From positions 52,333 to 116,332 of the IMG/VR virus record IMGVR_UViG_3300037247_001689: a DNA stretch of 64,000 bases. One strand, written 5' to 3'. The notes under the pieces are model-generated. The model ran no database searches, had not been told where the DNA came from, and saw only the letters and a list, made by a program, of their open reading frames with translations. Of this stretch, positions 17,268-27,121 are shown piece by piece (the first letter of the stretch is position 1; each line of letters begins with the position of its first letter). The position numbers and the translations under genes were made by a program. The DNA is from a virus.

Positions 17268-19276
17268 TGAGTGATGTCAGTATTCAAATAGATGCCCAAA
17301 CAGGGGATATCTCAGGTCTTCAAAAAATAGAAGCTGGTTATACTTCAGTACTCACCAAAGCACGTCAACTATTCCAAGAAATATCATCCCCCATTACAGC
17401 ACTTGCAGACAGGTCAAAACAAGCGAGAGGTCTTGAAGATTTAAGCCGGAAAGCCACTGAAATTGAGCAAAAACTAGCAAGGACAAGACTTGATCAACTG
17501 CAAGGCGTTGCTGGACCAATAACAGGTCCAGGATATATGCAAAGTTTAAAAGATGATCTTGAAGCGACAAATATTCAAAGGCAGATGGGGCAACAAGCAA
17601 TGGCACGACCTCAAATGGGGGGATTTGGCCAAAGAGCTTTAAGAATGGGCCGTTTTGCTGGTGGAAAAGCTTTAAGATATGGCGGTGCAATTGCTGGTAT
17701 TGCAGGGGCTTATAGTTTATTCTCTGGAATCGCCGAAAACATGGGATTTGCAAAACAATCTGAAGAAGATTATGCAATGGCATTGTCACAAGGTCGAGGA
17801 ATGATCGGTGGTGATTTTGGCGGGAAAGGTGGATTTTTTGCAATACGAGAAATATTGAATGATTTGGGTGATGTAGCACTGGCAACCTCAAAAGATATGT
17901 TGCCTCTTTTGGGAACCGCAAAAGAATTAGGAAATTTATCAGGTGGAAAAGGGGGATTTACCGGTCAATTTGCCGGTACTGTAAATTTAGCTAAAATGTT
18001 GGGCGTTGATACTGCCACGCTCAATCAATTATTCCAAGGTGGAATTCGCGGTGGTGGTTTTGGCGATACTGAACAAATGCGATTAATGAGCCAAGGGTTA
18101 ATGTTGAATCCCGCTATGAGATTTCGTGGCACAGAAGCGATACAATCATTTCAACAAATGATGGAAGGAAATGTTGGCGGTACTCAGCAACTTGGCGGGT
18201 TCGGAATGTTTAATCTCATGAACACGTTGAATGCATCCCCATTTTTAGCTTATCGTGGGGCTGGTGGTGCTCAAAGAATGTCAGGAATTAATCAGGCATT
18301 TACCCAAGGCGGCAACGAGAACATGCAATATTTTCAAGCGATGGCATTAAGCCCAGCTTTTCAATCAGCAAATAATAGAAGATTGGCGGCATATAATGCG
18401 ACACAAGGCGGTCCAACTGATTTTGGTTCGGGTAGATATGATCAGATAATAGCTGATGTTTTTCAGGAATTAGGAGCATTTGCAACCGCTGGAGATGTCC
18501 AAAAACAATTGTCGAGTTTAGGCTTTACCGGTGCGGCTAAATATGTTGGTGAACAGTACAAAGGGAACATGGGCAAAATGGGTATCCAAAATTTATTTGA
18601 ACGATACCAGACAGCATACGGAAAAGGAGAAGGTAACGAACTATTGATGACAGCACAGATGGCAAAAGATATGGGTGTTAGTTTTGCAGATGTCGGCGTT
18701 TTAAGAAAATCATTTCAAGATCCTGAATTTATCCGTTTAGCAAAAGAGGGAAAACTTGACCCTAAAGAAATGGCTGGTGCCTATGGAGCGTTTGAAAGTA
18801 AAGGTGCTGAAGGAATGACGGCTTATCTATCAACAAAAAGAAAGTCTGACCAAGCAATGCAGAAAATGGCAGAACACATCCAGACAATGGTTACAGATTT
18901 ATTGCCAGCATTGATACCAGCACTTGAGACGATGGCAGAGTATTTGCCTGTTTTTACTAAAAACATAGTGAAAGTAGCAGATTTTATTTTTGGTGGTACA
19001 CCTGAAACAGACCAGTCAACACAAAAAAGAGCGACGATACAAGCAGCTATAGAGATAACAAGAGAACCATCTGTTTTTTCGGAACATAAAAGAAGACTGG
19101 AAAAACAAAATATTCTTTATCCTGTAAGTGACGCACAAAGAGCAGCTGCAATCGCATCTGAGGAAATGTACAGAGGGGCTGGACCGCAAGGTGAAAATGC
19201 AGTCGGTGTACTAAAACAGATATTAAAAAAGATTGAAACGCCCACACTTAATCAAGGTGAGGTAGAATTAGAATGA
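17267..19276 (+). CDS. tape measure protein (~670 aa)
   Basis: Gly/Ala/Gln/Met-rich helical protein after the chaperones; TAATG coupling. Confidence 0.8.
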   Translation: MSDVSIQIDAQTGDISGLQKIEAGYTSVLTKARQLFQEISSPITALADRSKQARGLEDLSRKATEIEQKLARTRLDQLQGVAGPITGPGYMQSLKDDLEATNIQRQMGQQAMARPQMGGFGQRALRMGRFAGGKALRYGGAIAGIAGAYSLFSGIAENMGFAKQSEEDYAMALSQGRGMIGGDFGGKGGFFAIREILNDLGDVALATSKDMLPLLGTAKELGNLSGGKGGFTGQFAGTVNLAKMLGVDTATLNQLFQGGIRGGGFGDTEQMRLMSQGLMLNPAMRFRGTEAIQSFQQMMEGNVGGTQQLGGFGMFNLMNTLNASPFLAYRGAGGAQRMSGINQAFTQGGNENMQYFQAMALSPAFQSANNRRLAAYNATQGGPTDFGSGRYDQIIADVFQELGAFATAGDVQKQLSSLGFTGAAKYVGEQYKGNMGKMGIQNLFERYQTAYGKGEGNELLMTAQMAKDMGVSFADVGVLRKSFQDPEFIRLAKEGKLDPKEMAGAYGAFESKGAEGMTAYLSTKRKSDQAMQKMAEHIQTMVTDLLPALIPALETMAEYLPVFTKNIVKVADFIFGGTPETDQSTQKRATIQAAIEITREPSVFSEHKRRLEKQNILYPVSDAQRAAAIASEEMYRGAGPQGENAVGVLKQILKKIETPTLNQGEVELE

Positions 19277-20835
19277 CATCACCTAAAATAACGATATATT
19301 TTACGCCTGACGTTAAAGAAATTAACAGGATACCAATATCTGACATAAAATTCCCAGCTTCTGAAGAATTAAAGAGAGGTAGATTTCAGATCGATATCAG
19401 TTCTCCATGTATTATTAACGCTGATTGTACGTCTCATAGGGCATCGATAAAAAGCACAGCTACCTTAAATTTTATCGGGAAATGTTTTGGTGAGCGTTCG
19501 GAATATGTGTTTAAAAACAATGATTATTTTGAGATTTGGAATACTGCTGACACTCGTAATCCTTGGTGTTATTTTCGTGGTGTGGTTACTCAAACAGCGA
19601 GAACATGGACAGCTAATAAAAGATCATTTTCACTCACTTTAGATAATTCAGGCGGGTGGTTATTAGGTGATAATGCTATTTATTATTTAGGACAATTGAT
19701 AATCACTCAGCAACATGTCACAAATAATTTTTTCAATGCAATAAAGGTGAGATATGGTTGGGCAACTACGGCTGGAAAAGAAACCGACAAAGGAAAAGCA
19801 TTAGGACTATTAAAAGTAAAATCACCATCTCAATTACTTGAAACGCTGATAAATAGAATCGCAAATGAAAGAGTTAAATTATTAAAATCAGATTTCTACG
19901 AGAATCAGGATTCGATAAAACCGATTGATTATGAGACGGGGAATGAAGTTGACGAGGGGGGGAAAAGGAATGTTTTTGTCGTAGATAAATTATCCGAAAT
20001 GGAAGGATCCATATTAGAAATCCTGAAACAATTTGAAGGTAGACCGTTTGCTGAGATTTTCATTGTCGAAACAAAAGAGAAATCAAAATTAATATGGAGA
20101 AATAGCAGATGGCATGATTCAGATGATATTTTATGCATGGGGGATAGATCTGGGAAAGCTGAGAATATTGTTTCAATATATACGGATCCATCTGTAAATT
20201 TTACAAACACCACAATCAAATCTGAATTTTCTGCACAAAATAATTACATTTCCGAAAAACAGTTTTCAGGATTTCTTAAAGAAGATGAGAAAACGACAAG
20301 TGACGATGTTGTGAATGCTTTTTATATTTATCCTGTTGGATTTGATACCAAACAAAATATTCCATCTGTAATTATCACTCAAACTGCATACGATAAGGAA
20401 GGAGCAAGGCAAATACTTGATGAAAGTTCTGTAATTAGACATGGATACCGACCGATTACGATAAAATTACCTTTTATCCCTGATTTTGGGGAAGCCTCTG
20501 ATTTTAGTGAAAAGGATGTAGAAACAAGAAGTACTGATATTAAAGCTAACAGAAGCGCACAAGCAAGGATAATGCTTGAATATACAGGGTACGCTTCAAA
20601 AATGTATAGGAATATCCAAAATTCGGGGAACGGGCAAACAGTTATGCAAAATAATTTAGAATGCACCGTTGCCGATGATTTTAGAGTATTTAGGACTGAA
20701 CAAGAGTCCCCATTTTTTGTGAATGTTCATCAAATGACGTGGTATTTTGACGCAAAAACTCCAAGAACAGTCTTGCAATGGGATAGAGGATTTGAAAGGC
20801 CATTAGGTTCTGACAAGGTATCAAATATAAGGTAG
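19273..20835 (+). CDS. baseplate hub protein (putative)
   Basis: position after tape measure; GRPFAEIFI and SVIRHGYRP motifs. Confidence 0.6.
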   Translation: MTSPKITIYFTPDVKEINRIPISDIKFPASEELKRGRFQIDISSPCIINADCTSHRASIKSTATLNFIGKCFGERSEYVFKNNDYFEIWNTADTRNPWCYFRGVVTQTARTWTANKRSFSLTLDNSGGWLLGDNAIYYLGQLIITQQHVTNNFFNAIKVRYGWATTAGKETDKGKALGLLKVKSPSQLLETLINRIANERVKLLKSDFYENQDSIKPIDYETGNEVDEGGKRNVFVVDKLSEMEGSILEILKQFEGRPFAEIFIVETKEKSKLIWRNSRWHDSDDILCMGDRSGKAENIVSIYTDPSVNFTNTTIKSEFSAQNNYISEKQFSGFLKEDEKTTSDDVVNAFYIYPVGFDTKQNIPSVIITQTAYDKEGARQILDESSVIRHGYRPITIKLPFIPDFGEASDFSEKDVETRSTDIKANRSAQARIMLEYTGYASKMYRNIQNSGNGQTVMQNNLECTVADDFRVFRTEQESPFFVNVHQMTWYFDAKTPRTVLQWDRGFERPLGSDKVSNIR

Positions 20836-20837
20836 CC

Positions 20838-21731
20838 ATGAAACATAAAGGAAGAACAGATGAAGAAGGTAATTTTAGGGACCAATCCAGAGAAAAAGAC
20901 GGGTATATCAATAAGAAATGGAATGAAAAGTTACCGTTTGAAGCACTTGTCACAGCATGGTTCCCAGGTTCACAAACTATAAATGTTAGTTATTGGACTC
21001 CGTTTGGTCAAAAAGAAATTGAACATGTCAGTGTTTATGGTAATTTTATGGAAGCGGTTGGTACTATTAAAACGCCAAGAATAGCAACTGCAAAAGGGAC
21101 TGACACCGAAAATAGTTGGCAAATATACAAAAATCCATCACAAGATGACCCTAATAGTGACCAATATGTTTTAGATAATCATATTGGCGCTTTTATCTAC
21201 AAAACAAATACAGGCTATGTCGCCAATGGATTTAGATTCGTCACTCCTGATTCCCCACTTCTAAAAAATGCGAAGTATGGCCGGACATTAACCAGATATG
21301 ATGATGGTTCTTACCGTATCCATGATGATGATGGAAATATGCAATTTAAACATCCATCCGGCTTAAGTATAAAAATTGGAAAAACAGGGGATGATATCGA
21401 TCTCGATTCTCCTCTTCCTAATCATGCAAAAAACGTTCAGGATTATGATAATTCAGTCGTTATAAAATATACAATTCCATCTGATGAAGGCGAGATAACA
21501 ATTGAAGCTGACGGATTAGGGAACATTAAATTAACGCATCCCAACAATAGTTTTGAATTTAATATTGATAAGGACGGGAAACTAGAGGCTAAAAACGCGA
21601 CAACGAGTTTAAAAAAATTACATGACGATATGAACGATATCGTTGCAGCAATTGTCGTCAATGATGGGGTTGGCCCGAATACCGGAAATTTAACAACTTT
21701 AAAAACAGCAACCGATACCCTTTTAAAATAA
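20838..21731 (+). CDS. baseplate central spike (gpV/gp5-like)
   Basis: N-terminal OB-like region then beta-helix repeats (HPSGLSIKI, IDKDGKLE). Confidence 0.65.
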   Translation: MKHKGRTDEEGNFRDQSREKDGYINKKWNEKLPFEALVTAWFPGSQTINVSYWTPFGQKEIEHVSVYGNFMEAVGTIKTPRIATAKGTDTENSWQIYKNPSQDDPNSDQYVLDNHIGAFIYKTNTGYVANGFRFVTPDSPLLKNAKYGRTLTRYDDGSYRIHDDDGNMQFKHPSGLSIKIGKTGDDIDLDSPLPNHAKNVQDYDNSVVIKYTIPSDEGEITIEADGLGNIKLTHPNNSFEFNIDKDGKLEAKNATTSLKKLHDDMNDIVAAIVVNDGVGPNTGNLTTLKTATDTLLK

Positions 21732-22504
21732 TGTCTAATTACACCTACGAAGAATTAGAAAGGATTGCTGATGCTGTGAGAGGTGTCTGGCAAGATTGCT
21801 ACCGTGGCGGATTTCTGCCAGGGATGAGAGCAAAAATTGGCGATACTGGAGTGAGAGCTTTTCAGGGATTAATTGGCGATGTTATTGTTATGCAGGGAGG
21901 ATCTTTACTCTCAGGACCACTTAAAGCTATTATCGGGATGCAAGGGGTCAAAGCCGCTGAAGAAGCTTTAAGGATTGAGGACGGGTACGCACCATATGAT
22001 ATGAAGCCAGGATTTTTACGATCCCCAAAAGCACTTGTTTACCAAAGTGGACCAAAAGCCGGACAAACTAAAAAAACCCCTCATCTTATAATTTCTTTTC
22101 GCCATGTCACACCGGGATCAACAAGCACTCTTGGAAGTCCAATGACAACTTCATTACATAGGGCAGCTAAAAAAGGTATTAATTTTCAGGAGCAATTAGG
22201 GACCGCTGAAGATCCAAGCGATTATGGACTTGTAAATTCAAAGGGCTATGAATGGCAAAATGGCGCTCATGCAGGGATGACAAACGTAGGCGGGAAAGGA
22301 CATTCTCAATATCGAACATTTAGAATTGTCTCTGCTAATTCAGCGCCGAATTCGTGGTGGAATCCCGGGCAACAACCTAATAAAGTAATTGACGCCACTA
22401 TTAAATATGCAGAACCTTATATTAAAGAAGGGTTAAAACGGGCTGCGAAAGCTGAAGTGATTGAGCATATTCAGGGTATTTTTAATAAGCCTGTTAGGAT
22501 GTAA
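21731..22504 (+). CDS. neck/tail-completion morphogenesis protein
   Basis: IEDGYAPYDMKPG, YRTFRIVS.NS...SWWNPG motifs. Confidence 0.6.
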   Translation: MSNYTYEELERIADAVRGVWQDCYRGGFLPGMRAKIGDTGVRAFQGLIGDVIVMQGGSLLSGPLKAIIGMQGVKAAEEALRIEDGYAPYDMKPGFLRSPKALVYQSGPKAGQTKKTPHLIISFRHVTPGSTSTLGSPMTTSLHRAAKKGINFQEQLGTAEDPSDYGLVNSKGYEWQNGAHAGMTNVGGKGHSQYRTFRIVSANSAPNSWWNPGQQPNKVIDATIKYAEPYIKEGLKRAAKAEVIEHIQGIFNKPVRM

Positions 22505-22583
22505 AATATCGTTTCCATCCCTTTGACTAAAACCTATTTTTAGCCAAATAATAAGAATAAATTAACTATAATTTGGCGACTAA

Positions 22584-23576
22584 ATGGCATTAGAAGATCT
22601 CACCACATTTGACCAATTAATCATTAGAATTGTTGAGCGAAAAGATTTCGGACGACAGGCTGAAACTAATTTAGATGAAGGCGTTACACCAAAATTAAAT
22701 GATAGGTTCGATACCCAAAGAGAATCTGTTCGTGATCAGACCAAAATAGCAGAATTTAAATTCCCTATTAATTTTGAAGGAAAAACATTCTATTATCAAC
22801 AATACGCTGCAACCAATAATTATCGGCAAAATACTGAAAATGGGATTACTGGTATTGTTTCAGAAATGTATGGGAAAGGGCTTACTGATGTAGTAATGAA
22901 CGGAATTTTTCCGACAGCAGCAGAAGTTAATATCATAGCCTCAACGACTGGTAATGATTTTTTATCGCAATTCAAACCCCGGGATTTTGCTGATAATATA
23001 AAACGGTTTTTTGGTTTCTATGCTGATCTACACGACCCTTATTCTAAAATCTGGACTGAAGGGAATTATTATATAGACTCAAATATATCAATAAGTGATT
23101 TGGTTAGAAGTGGCGGAAGCGTTAGAAAAATAGGTGTCGGAAAAACCCCGAACAAAGCCGGTTATGAAATGATTGTTGTGGATGAATACGCCAGATCAAT
23201 TCAAGGAATTCAGCCTAAAGATTTACAGATTTTCGCGGGAAAAGAATCACCGTTTACATTCGGTTGGCGACTAAATGCAACAGTCATTGAAGATAAACTT
23301 GACGCTAATTTTAAGCCAATCCCAGATGATTTATTACAATTTTTAGCTTCATTTAGATTGCCCGCAATATCTGAAATCCCTTTAATCGGTCCATTTTCAC
23401 AGACCTTTAATAAACTAATTGCAATTAATAATGCCATTTTAAATGTGATGAACACGATTGAATCTTATATTGATTTACCAAACCAAACCATTCAGGATTT
23501 AAATAGATATCTGTCATCCTATCAGCGGATATTCAACAAAGCAAATGCAATCGGTCAGCAAATACAGGATATTTAA
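22584..23576 (+). CDS. putative baseplate/tube-initiator protein
   Basis: synteny in the baseplate cluster. Confidence 0.45.
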   Translation: MALEDLTTFDQLIIRIVERKDFGRQAETNLDEGVTPKLNDRFDTQRESVRDQTKIAEFKFPINFEGKTFYYQQYAATNNYRQNTENGITGIVSEMYGKGLTDVVMNGIFPTAAEVNIIASTTGNDFLSQFKPRDFADNIKRFFGFYADLHDPYSKIWTEGNYYIDSNISISDLVRSGGSVRKIGVGKTPNKAGYEMIVVDEYARSIQGIQPKDLQIFAGKESPFTFGWRLNATVIEDKLDANFKPIPDDLLQFLASFRLPAISEIPLIGPFSQTFNKLIAINNAILNVMNTIESYIDLPNQTIQDLNRYLSSYQRIFNKANAIGQQIQDI

Positions 23577-24466
23577 TGACAAAAGAAACGGATGAACTAG
23601 CGAGTGATTACACAGAAGCTTCTTTGATTTTAGCTGAACAGACAACACAGGTGGGAAGTGGGCTTTATCAACTAAACGATAAAATCGATTATGAAGAAAA
23701 TTATCCGAACGGCGTGATTGAATTTTTAAAAACAGATGAAGTGAAACAAATAGCAGATTTAGCGGGTGTAATTCCTGAATCTATTCAACCGCCAATCGTA
23801 ATCACTGATGCATTAATAGACCGTGTTAACGAGATATTCGAAGTCGATATTCTAAATCTAAGCAGTGTTGAAAAAACATTATTGAGTTCAGAAATCCAAA
23901 ACATTATAAATGATATCCCCATCCCAACGCAAGATATTATCACCACATGGGCCGAAAATTACTCTAAATTTGTTGCTGCAGCTGCAGAGGGCAGTATTAT
24001 CATTCCATCAAAATTCAGAACCGTTCAAATCGCTTCAACAGATATCAGCTTAGACGCTTTTATCAAAAGAACGAATACAAGAAAAGTCGTTATTATCGGG
24101 TTAAATAAACTATCTTATCCCCACATAACAAGACGTTTTAAAGTTCCAGGTGTTTTACAAGCAACTTTAGTTTCTGCAACGGGATTAACCAGTGATGATA
24201 ATATTTTATTCACTTCTCTTAGTAAAGAAATTGGTGCCGGTGAAGTTAAAAAAGGTAATTCTGTCATCATTACCAACAACGCTCAAAGTACTGATCAATT
24301 AAAACAACAGAAAACAATTCTCGATTATGTAGATGAAGATAGCGGATTTATAAGAATTTCTAATCCATTGCCGTTTGATTTAGATGATACATTTGATGTA
24401 AAAATACATCAATTCTCTAAAGATCAAATTCTCGCTCACCCAGAATTTATTAAAATACCGATATAA
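23576..24466 (+). CDS. putative baseplate protein
   Basis: synteny; IIGLNKLSYPHI resembles a LysM-like baseplate motif. Confidence 0.45.
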   Translation: MTKETDELASDYTEASLILAEQTTQVGSGLYQLNDKIDYEENYPNGVIEFLKTDEVKQIADLAGVIPESIQPPIVITDALIDRVNEIFEVDILNLSSVEKTLLSSEIQNIINDIPIPTQDIITTWAENYSKFVAAAAEGSIIIPSKFRTVQIASTDISLDAFIKRTNTRKVVIIGLNKLSYPHITRRFKVPGVLQATLVSATGLTSDDNILFTSLSKEIGAGEVKKGNSVIITNNAQSTDQLKQQKTILDYVDEDSGFIRISNPLPFDLDDTFDVKIHQFSKDQILAHPEFIKIPI

Positions 24467-24469
24467 ATT

Positions 24470-24826
24470 ATGGAAAAATCAATATTCCTTATCATTACAA
24501 TTTTGTCAGTTGCTTCATGCTCTTACAATTTAGTAGATGCCCCGAAACATAAGACGGATTATATTAAAAATGTAATCAGTTGTGATGCGAGAACGACAAA
24601 ATACACGCTCTTAAATCCAGATGAATTGGCGGAATATTTACAAGATGATGATCATGGCTCTTTTTGGATAAAATACGAGATTAATAAAACGAAAGAAAAA
24701 AGGAAGATTAATATTTACAGGTTCATATTAAATGATGCATCCAATTATTCTGTGTCATTCGAAAGAAAAACATTCCCTTATTCTGAGTGTAGGAAGATTA
24801 AAACTAAACTAAAATATCTAAAATGA
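24470..24826 (+). CDS. predicted lipoprotein
   Basis: MEKSIFLIITILSVAS-C lipobox. Confidence 0.6.
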   Translation: MEKSIFLIITILSVASCSYNLVDAPKHKTDYIKNVISCDARTTKYTLLNPDELAEYLQDDDHGSFWIKYEINKTKEKRKINIYRFILNDASNYSVSFERKTFPYSECRKIKTKLKYLK

Positions 24827-25197
24827 CAGCGGGTGCGAATTTTGAGATCGTAAATAATAGAGTTCAGTTCTGGAAAACGTTGGTAACGGGTGATAAATTA
24901 ATCACCCAGGATCATGAGGCTAGATTTGGCCAGCGACAAGGCTCATATAATCCTGAGCAACAATACGGAAACCCTTATGTAAACACATTATCTGACGACT
25001 CAATCAGTGAAACAGAACGAGACTTATTGCTTGTTTCTCAAACAAAAGAATGTTCATTACAGGATGACAGAATCATTGACGCGGTTGTCGATACAACATC
25101 AATAGTTAGAAAAGGGACAGAAATATCTTTCAAGTACAAACTTTTTAAAACTTCAGGTGGTTCAATTCAGAGAGATTTTAGCAGTGACAACAATTAG
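24823..25197 (+). CDS. baseplate wedge protein, gp25/gpW-like
   Basis: YGNP, ECSLQDDRII motif; precedes baseplate J. Confidence 0.7.
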   Translation: MTAGANFEIVNNRVQFWKTLVTGDKLITQDHEARFGQRQGSYNPEQQYGNPYVNTLSDDSISETERDLLLVSQTKECSLQDDRIIDAVVDTTSIVRKGTEISFKYKLFKTSGGSIQRDFSSDNN

Positions 25198-26323
25198 AAC
25201 AAAAGATGATTATGTAGCGAAATCAATTGAGGCGATTGAACAACGAACCCCTTCTGATATTCAAAATGAAACTGGTTTTGATTTCAGAAAAGCAGCGCCA
25301 CTCCGTTCATATGTTGAGGGCCTTTCGATTGTCGTTGCGGTTTCTGATCAACAAAACGAAGCTGAAGTTAAAAAACAAGCGAGGGAGTCGTTATTTTTCT
25401 TGGCAGGGGTCGAAACATTTACCGCAAGTAAAGCAAGCGGGGCATTATCAATTACTTCGACACAGGCAATAACAATACCAGCCGGTGAACCCGTATACTC
25501 AACAGAATTTGGTACCAGAGTTGGTGAAGTAATCATAGAAGTAGTATTCGCAAGTGCTGAAACATTAGACGTTGATATGATTTCTGATGAAGCAGGGGCT
25601 GATGTCGTTTTTGTACAGAATGATCTTTTTATACTTGCTGATAATCAATCAGGTGGAAATCTAACAATTATTAATAACGGAGCTGATGAAGAATCAGACT
25701 ACGACAGGTCAAAACGGATAAGATCAGCACTGCTCGCAAAAACAAGTGGAACTGTTCAGGCGCTTACAGATGCGGCCAATAACACGGTATTGATCGATGG
25801 TGGCTCAGGGAACATTATTGAAAGTGTTATAAGTGTGTTTATGTCATTTCCATGGAAAGTTCTTGATCCAAATACAATTGACCCTACGAGATTAGGCGAA
25901 ATTGTAATGTCGATTCAATCAAGTTTAGGTGTTCCTAGCCAAGACATGCTTGATGCAATAGAACTCAACTTGGTCGGTACTGATGAACTTGACCCACAGG
26001 GAAGACAAGGAGCTGGTCAAAATGTATTATTATTGCCAGTTGAGACAGAAGATGTCGCTTTTTCAGTTCCTTATAAAAAAGTAGTTGGCGGTGATCATTC
26101 TCAAGTCACGCTCGATATCCAAGGTCAGATTACAACATTTGTTGATTCACTAGTACAAGGACAAGACCTTGTACCGACTAATTGGCAAGCAGCGATATCA
26201 GGTGATAATAAACCGGATGATGTTGATTATTATGATGAAGGAAATCTAACACCTTCAACAGTTTTGCCGATTGATACCGACAAGATTTGGAATATTACAG
26301 CAATAGTAGTCACGGAAATATAA
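25184..26323 (+). CDS. baseplate J-like protein
   Basis: DFRKAAPLRSYVE, ASKASG, NGADEESD..R.KR, SGT..AL motifs; likely GTG start at 25184. Confidence 0.85.
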   Translation: MTTIRTKDDYVAKSIEAIEQRTPSDIQNETGFDFRKAAPLRSYVEGLSIVVAVSDQQNEAEVKKQARESLFFLAGVETFTASKASGALSITSTQAITIPAGEPVYSTEFGTRVGEVIIEVVFASAETLDVDMISDEAGADVVFVQNDLFILADNQSGGNLTIINNGADEESDYDRSKRIRSALLAKTSGTVQALTDAANNTVLIDGGSGNIIESVISVFMSFPWKVLDPNTIDPTRLGEIVMSIQSSLGVPSQDMLDAIELNLVGTDELDPQGRQGAGQNVLLLPVETEDVAFSVPYKKVVGGDHSQVTLDIQGQITTFVDSLVQGQDLVPTNWQAAISGDNKPDDVDYYDEGNLTPSTVLPIDTDKIWNITAIVVTEI

Positions 26324-27109
26324 ATGCTTGGAATTGAATTATCGATAAGAGATTATAGAGATCTTCTAATTAAGCAAATGCCGGGATGGATGGAGCTTAA
26401 TGATCCAGACTTATTAAATTATTTCTCTCTTTCCGGCTTTGATTATTTCGAAAAAGAAGGTGTAATTGTTGTTGACGGCACAGAATACGACCGGTTTGAA
26501 TGGACATTAGGCGATTTTAAAACAGATTTAGGGATTGCTGGAACAGGTAATTATGATGACTGTATAATTGATATAATAGAAAATATAGATTCAGATGATA
26601 ATGTTTTTATCTATACAAATCCAAATTATATCATGCTGGATTCGATGGCGACTATCATTAAGAAAAAAGATGATAGAAGAAATCTATTGATAACAGAAAT
26701 GAATCCTTATCTTGCAACAGTTGACGGATTATTATTGTTCTGGGAAGCAATGTTTCAAAGTACCAGAGGTGTAATTGATGCGGTTCCTGAAACGGATGCT
26801 GAATACATGGCAAGAGTGATATCATTATTATTCGGAGCCAGTACATCTTTAGTCGTTGTAAGAGCTGTTTTTGAAAGACTTGGTTTAATTAATTTTACAA
26901 TTGAAGATTCAAGGAAGGACACTTTTAAATGGAACTTAAAAGCTGAAGCGATGTCTGTTAATTTACACATGCAGCAAGCAGATATCGGAAAAATACCACT
27001 GATTAAAAACGTGTTTTTAAATATCACTTTAGCTGGAATGAGATTATTTATATTTGTTGATGGAATTGGATACGCTTCATCATATGGGGCATCATACGGA
27101 AACTCATAA
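26324..27109 (+). CDS. baseplate wedge (gpI-like) protein
   Basis: LL.FWE.MF...R...ETDAEY.ARV motif after J. Confidence 0.65.
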   Translation: MLGIELSIRDYRDLLIKQMPGWMELNDPDLLNYFSLSGFDYFEKEGVIVVDGTEYDRFEWTLGDFKTDLGIAGTGNYDDCIIDIIENIDSDDNVFIYTNPNYIMLDSMATIIKKKDDRRNLLITEMNPYLATVDGLLLFWEAMFQSTRGVIDAVPETDAEYMARVISLLFGASTSLVVVRAVFERLGLINFTIEDSRKDTFKWNLKAEAMSVNLHMQQADIGKIPLIKNVFLNITLAGMRLFIFVDGIGYASSYGASYGNS

Positions 27110-27121
27110 TTAAAAAATAAA

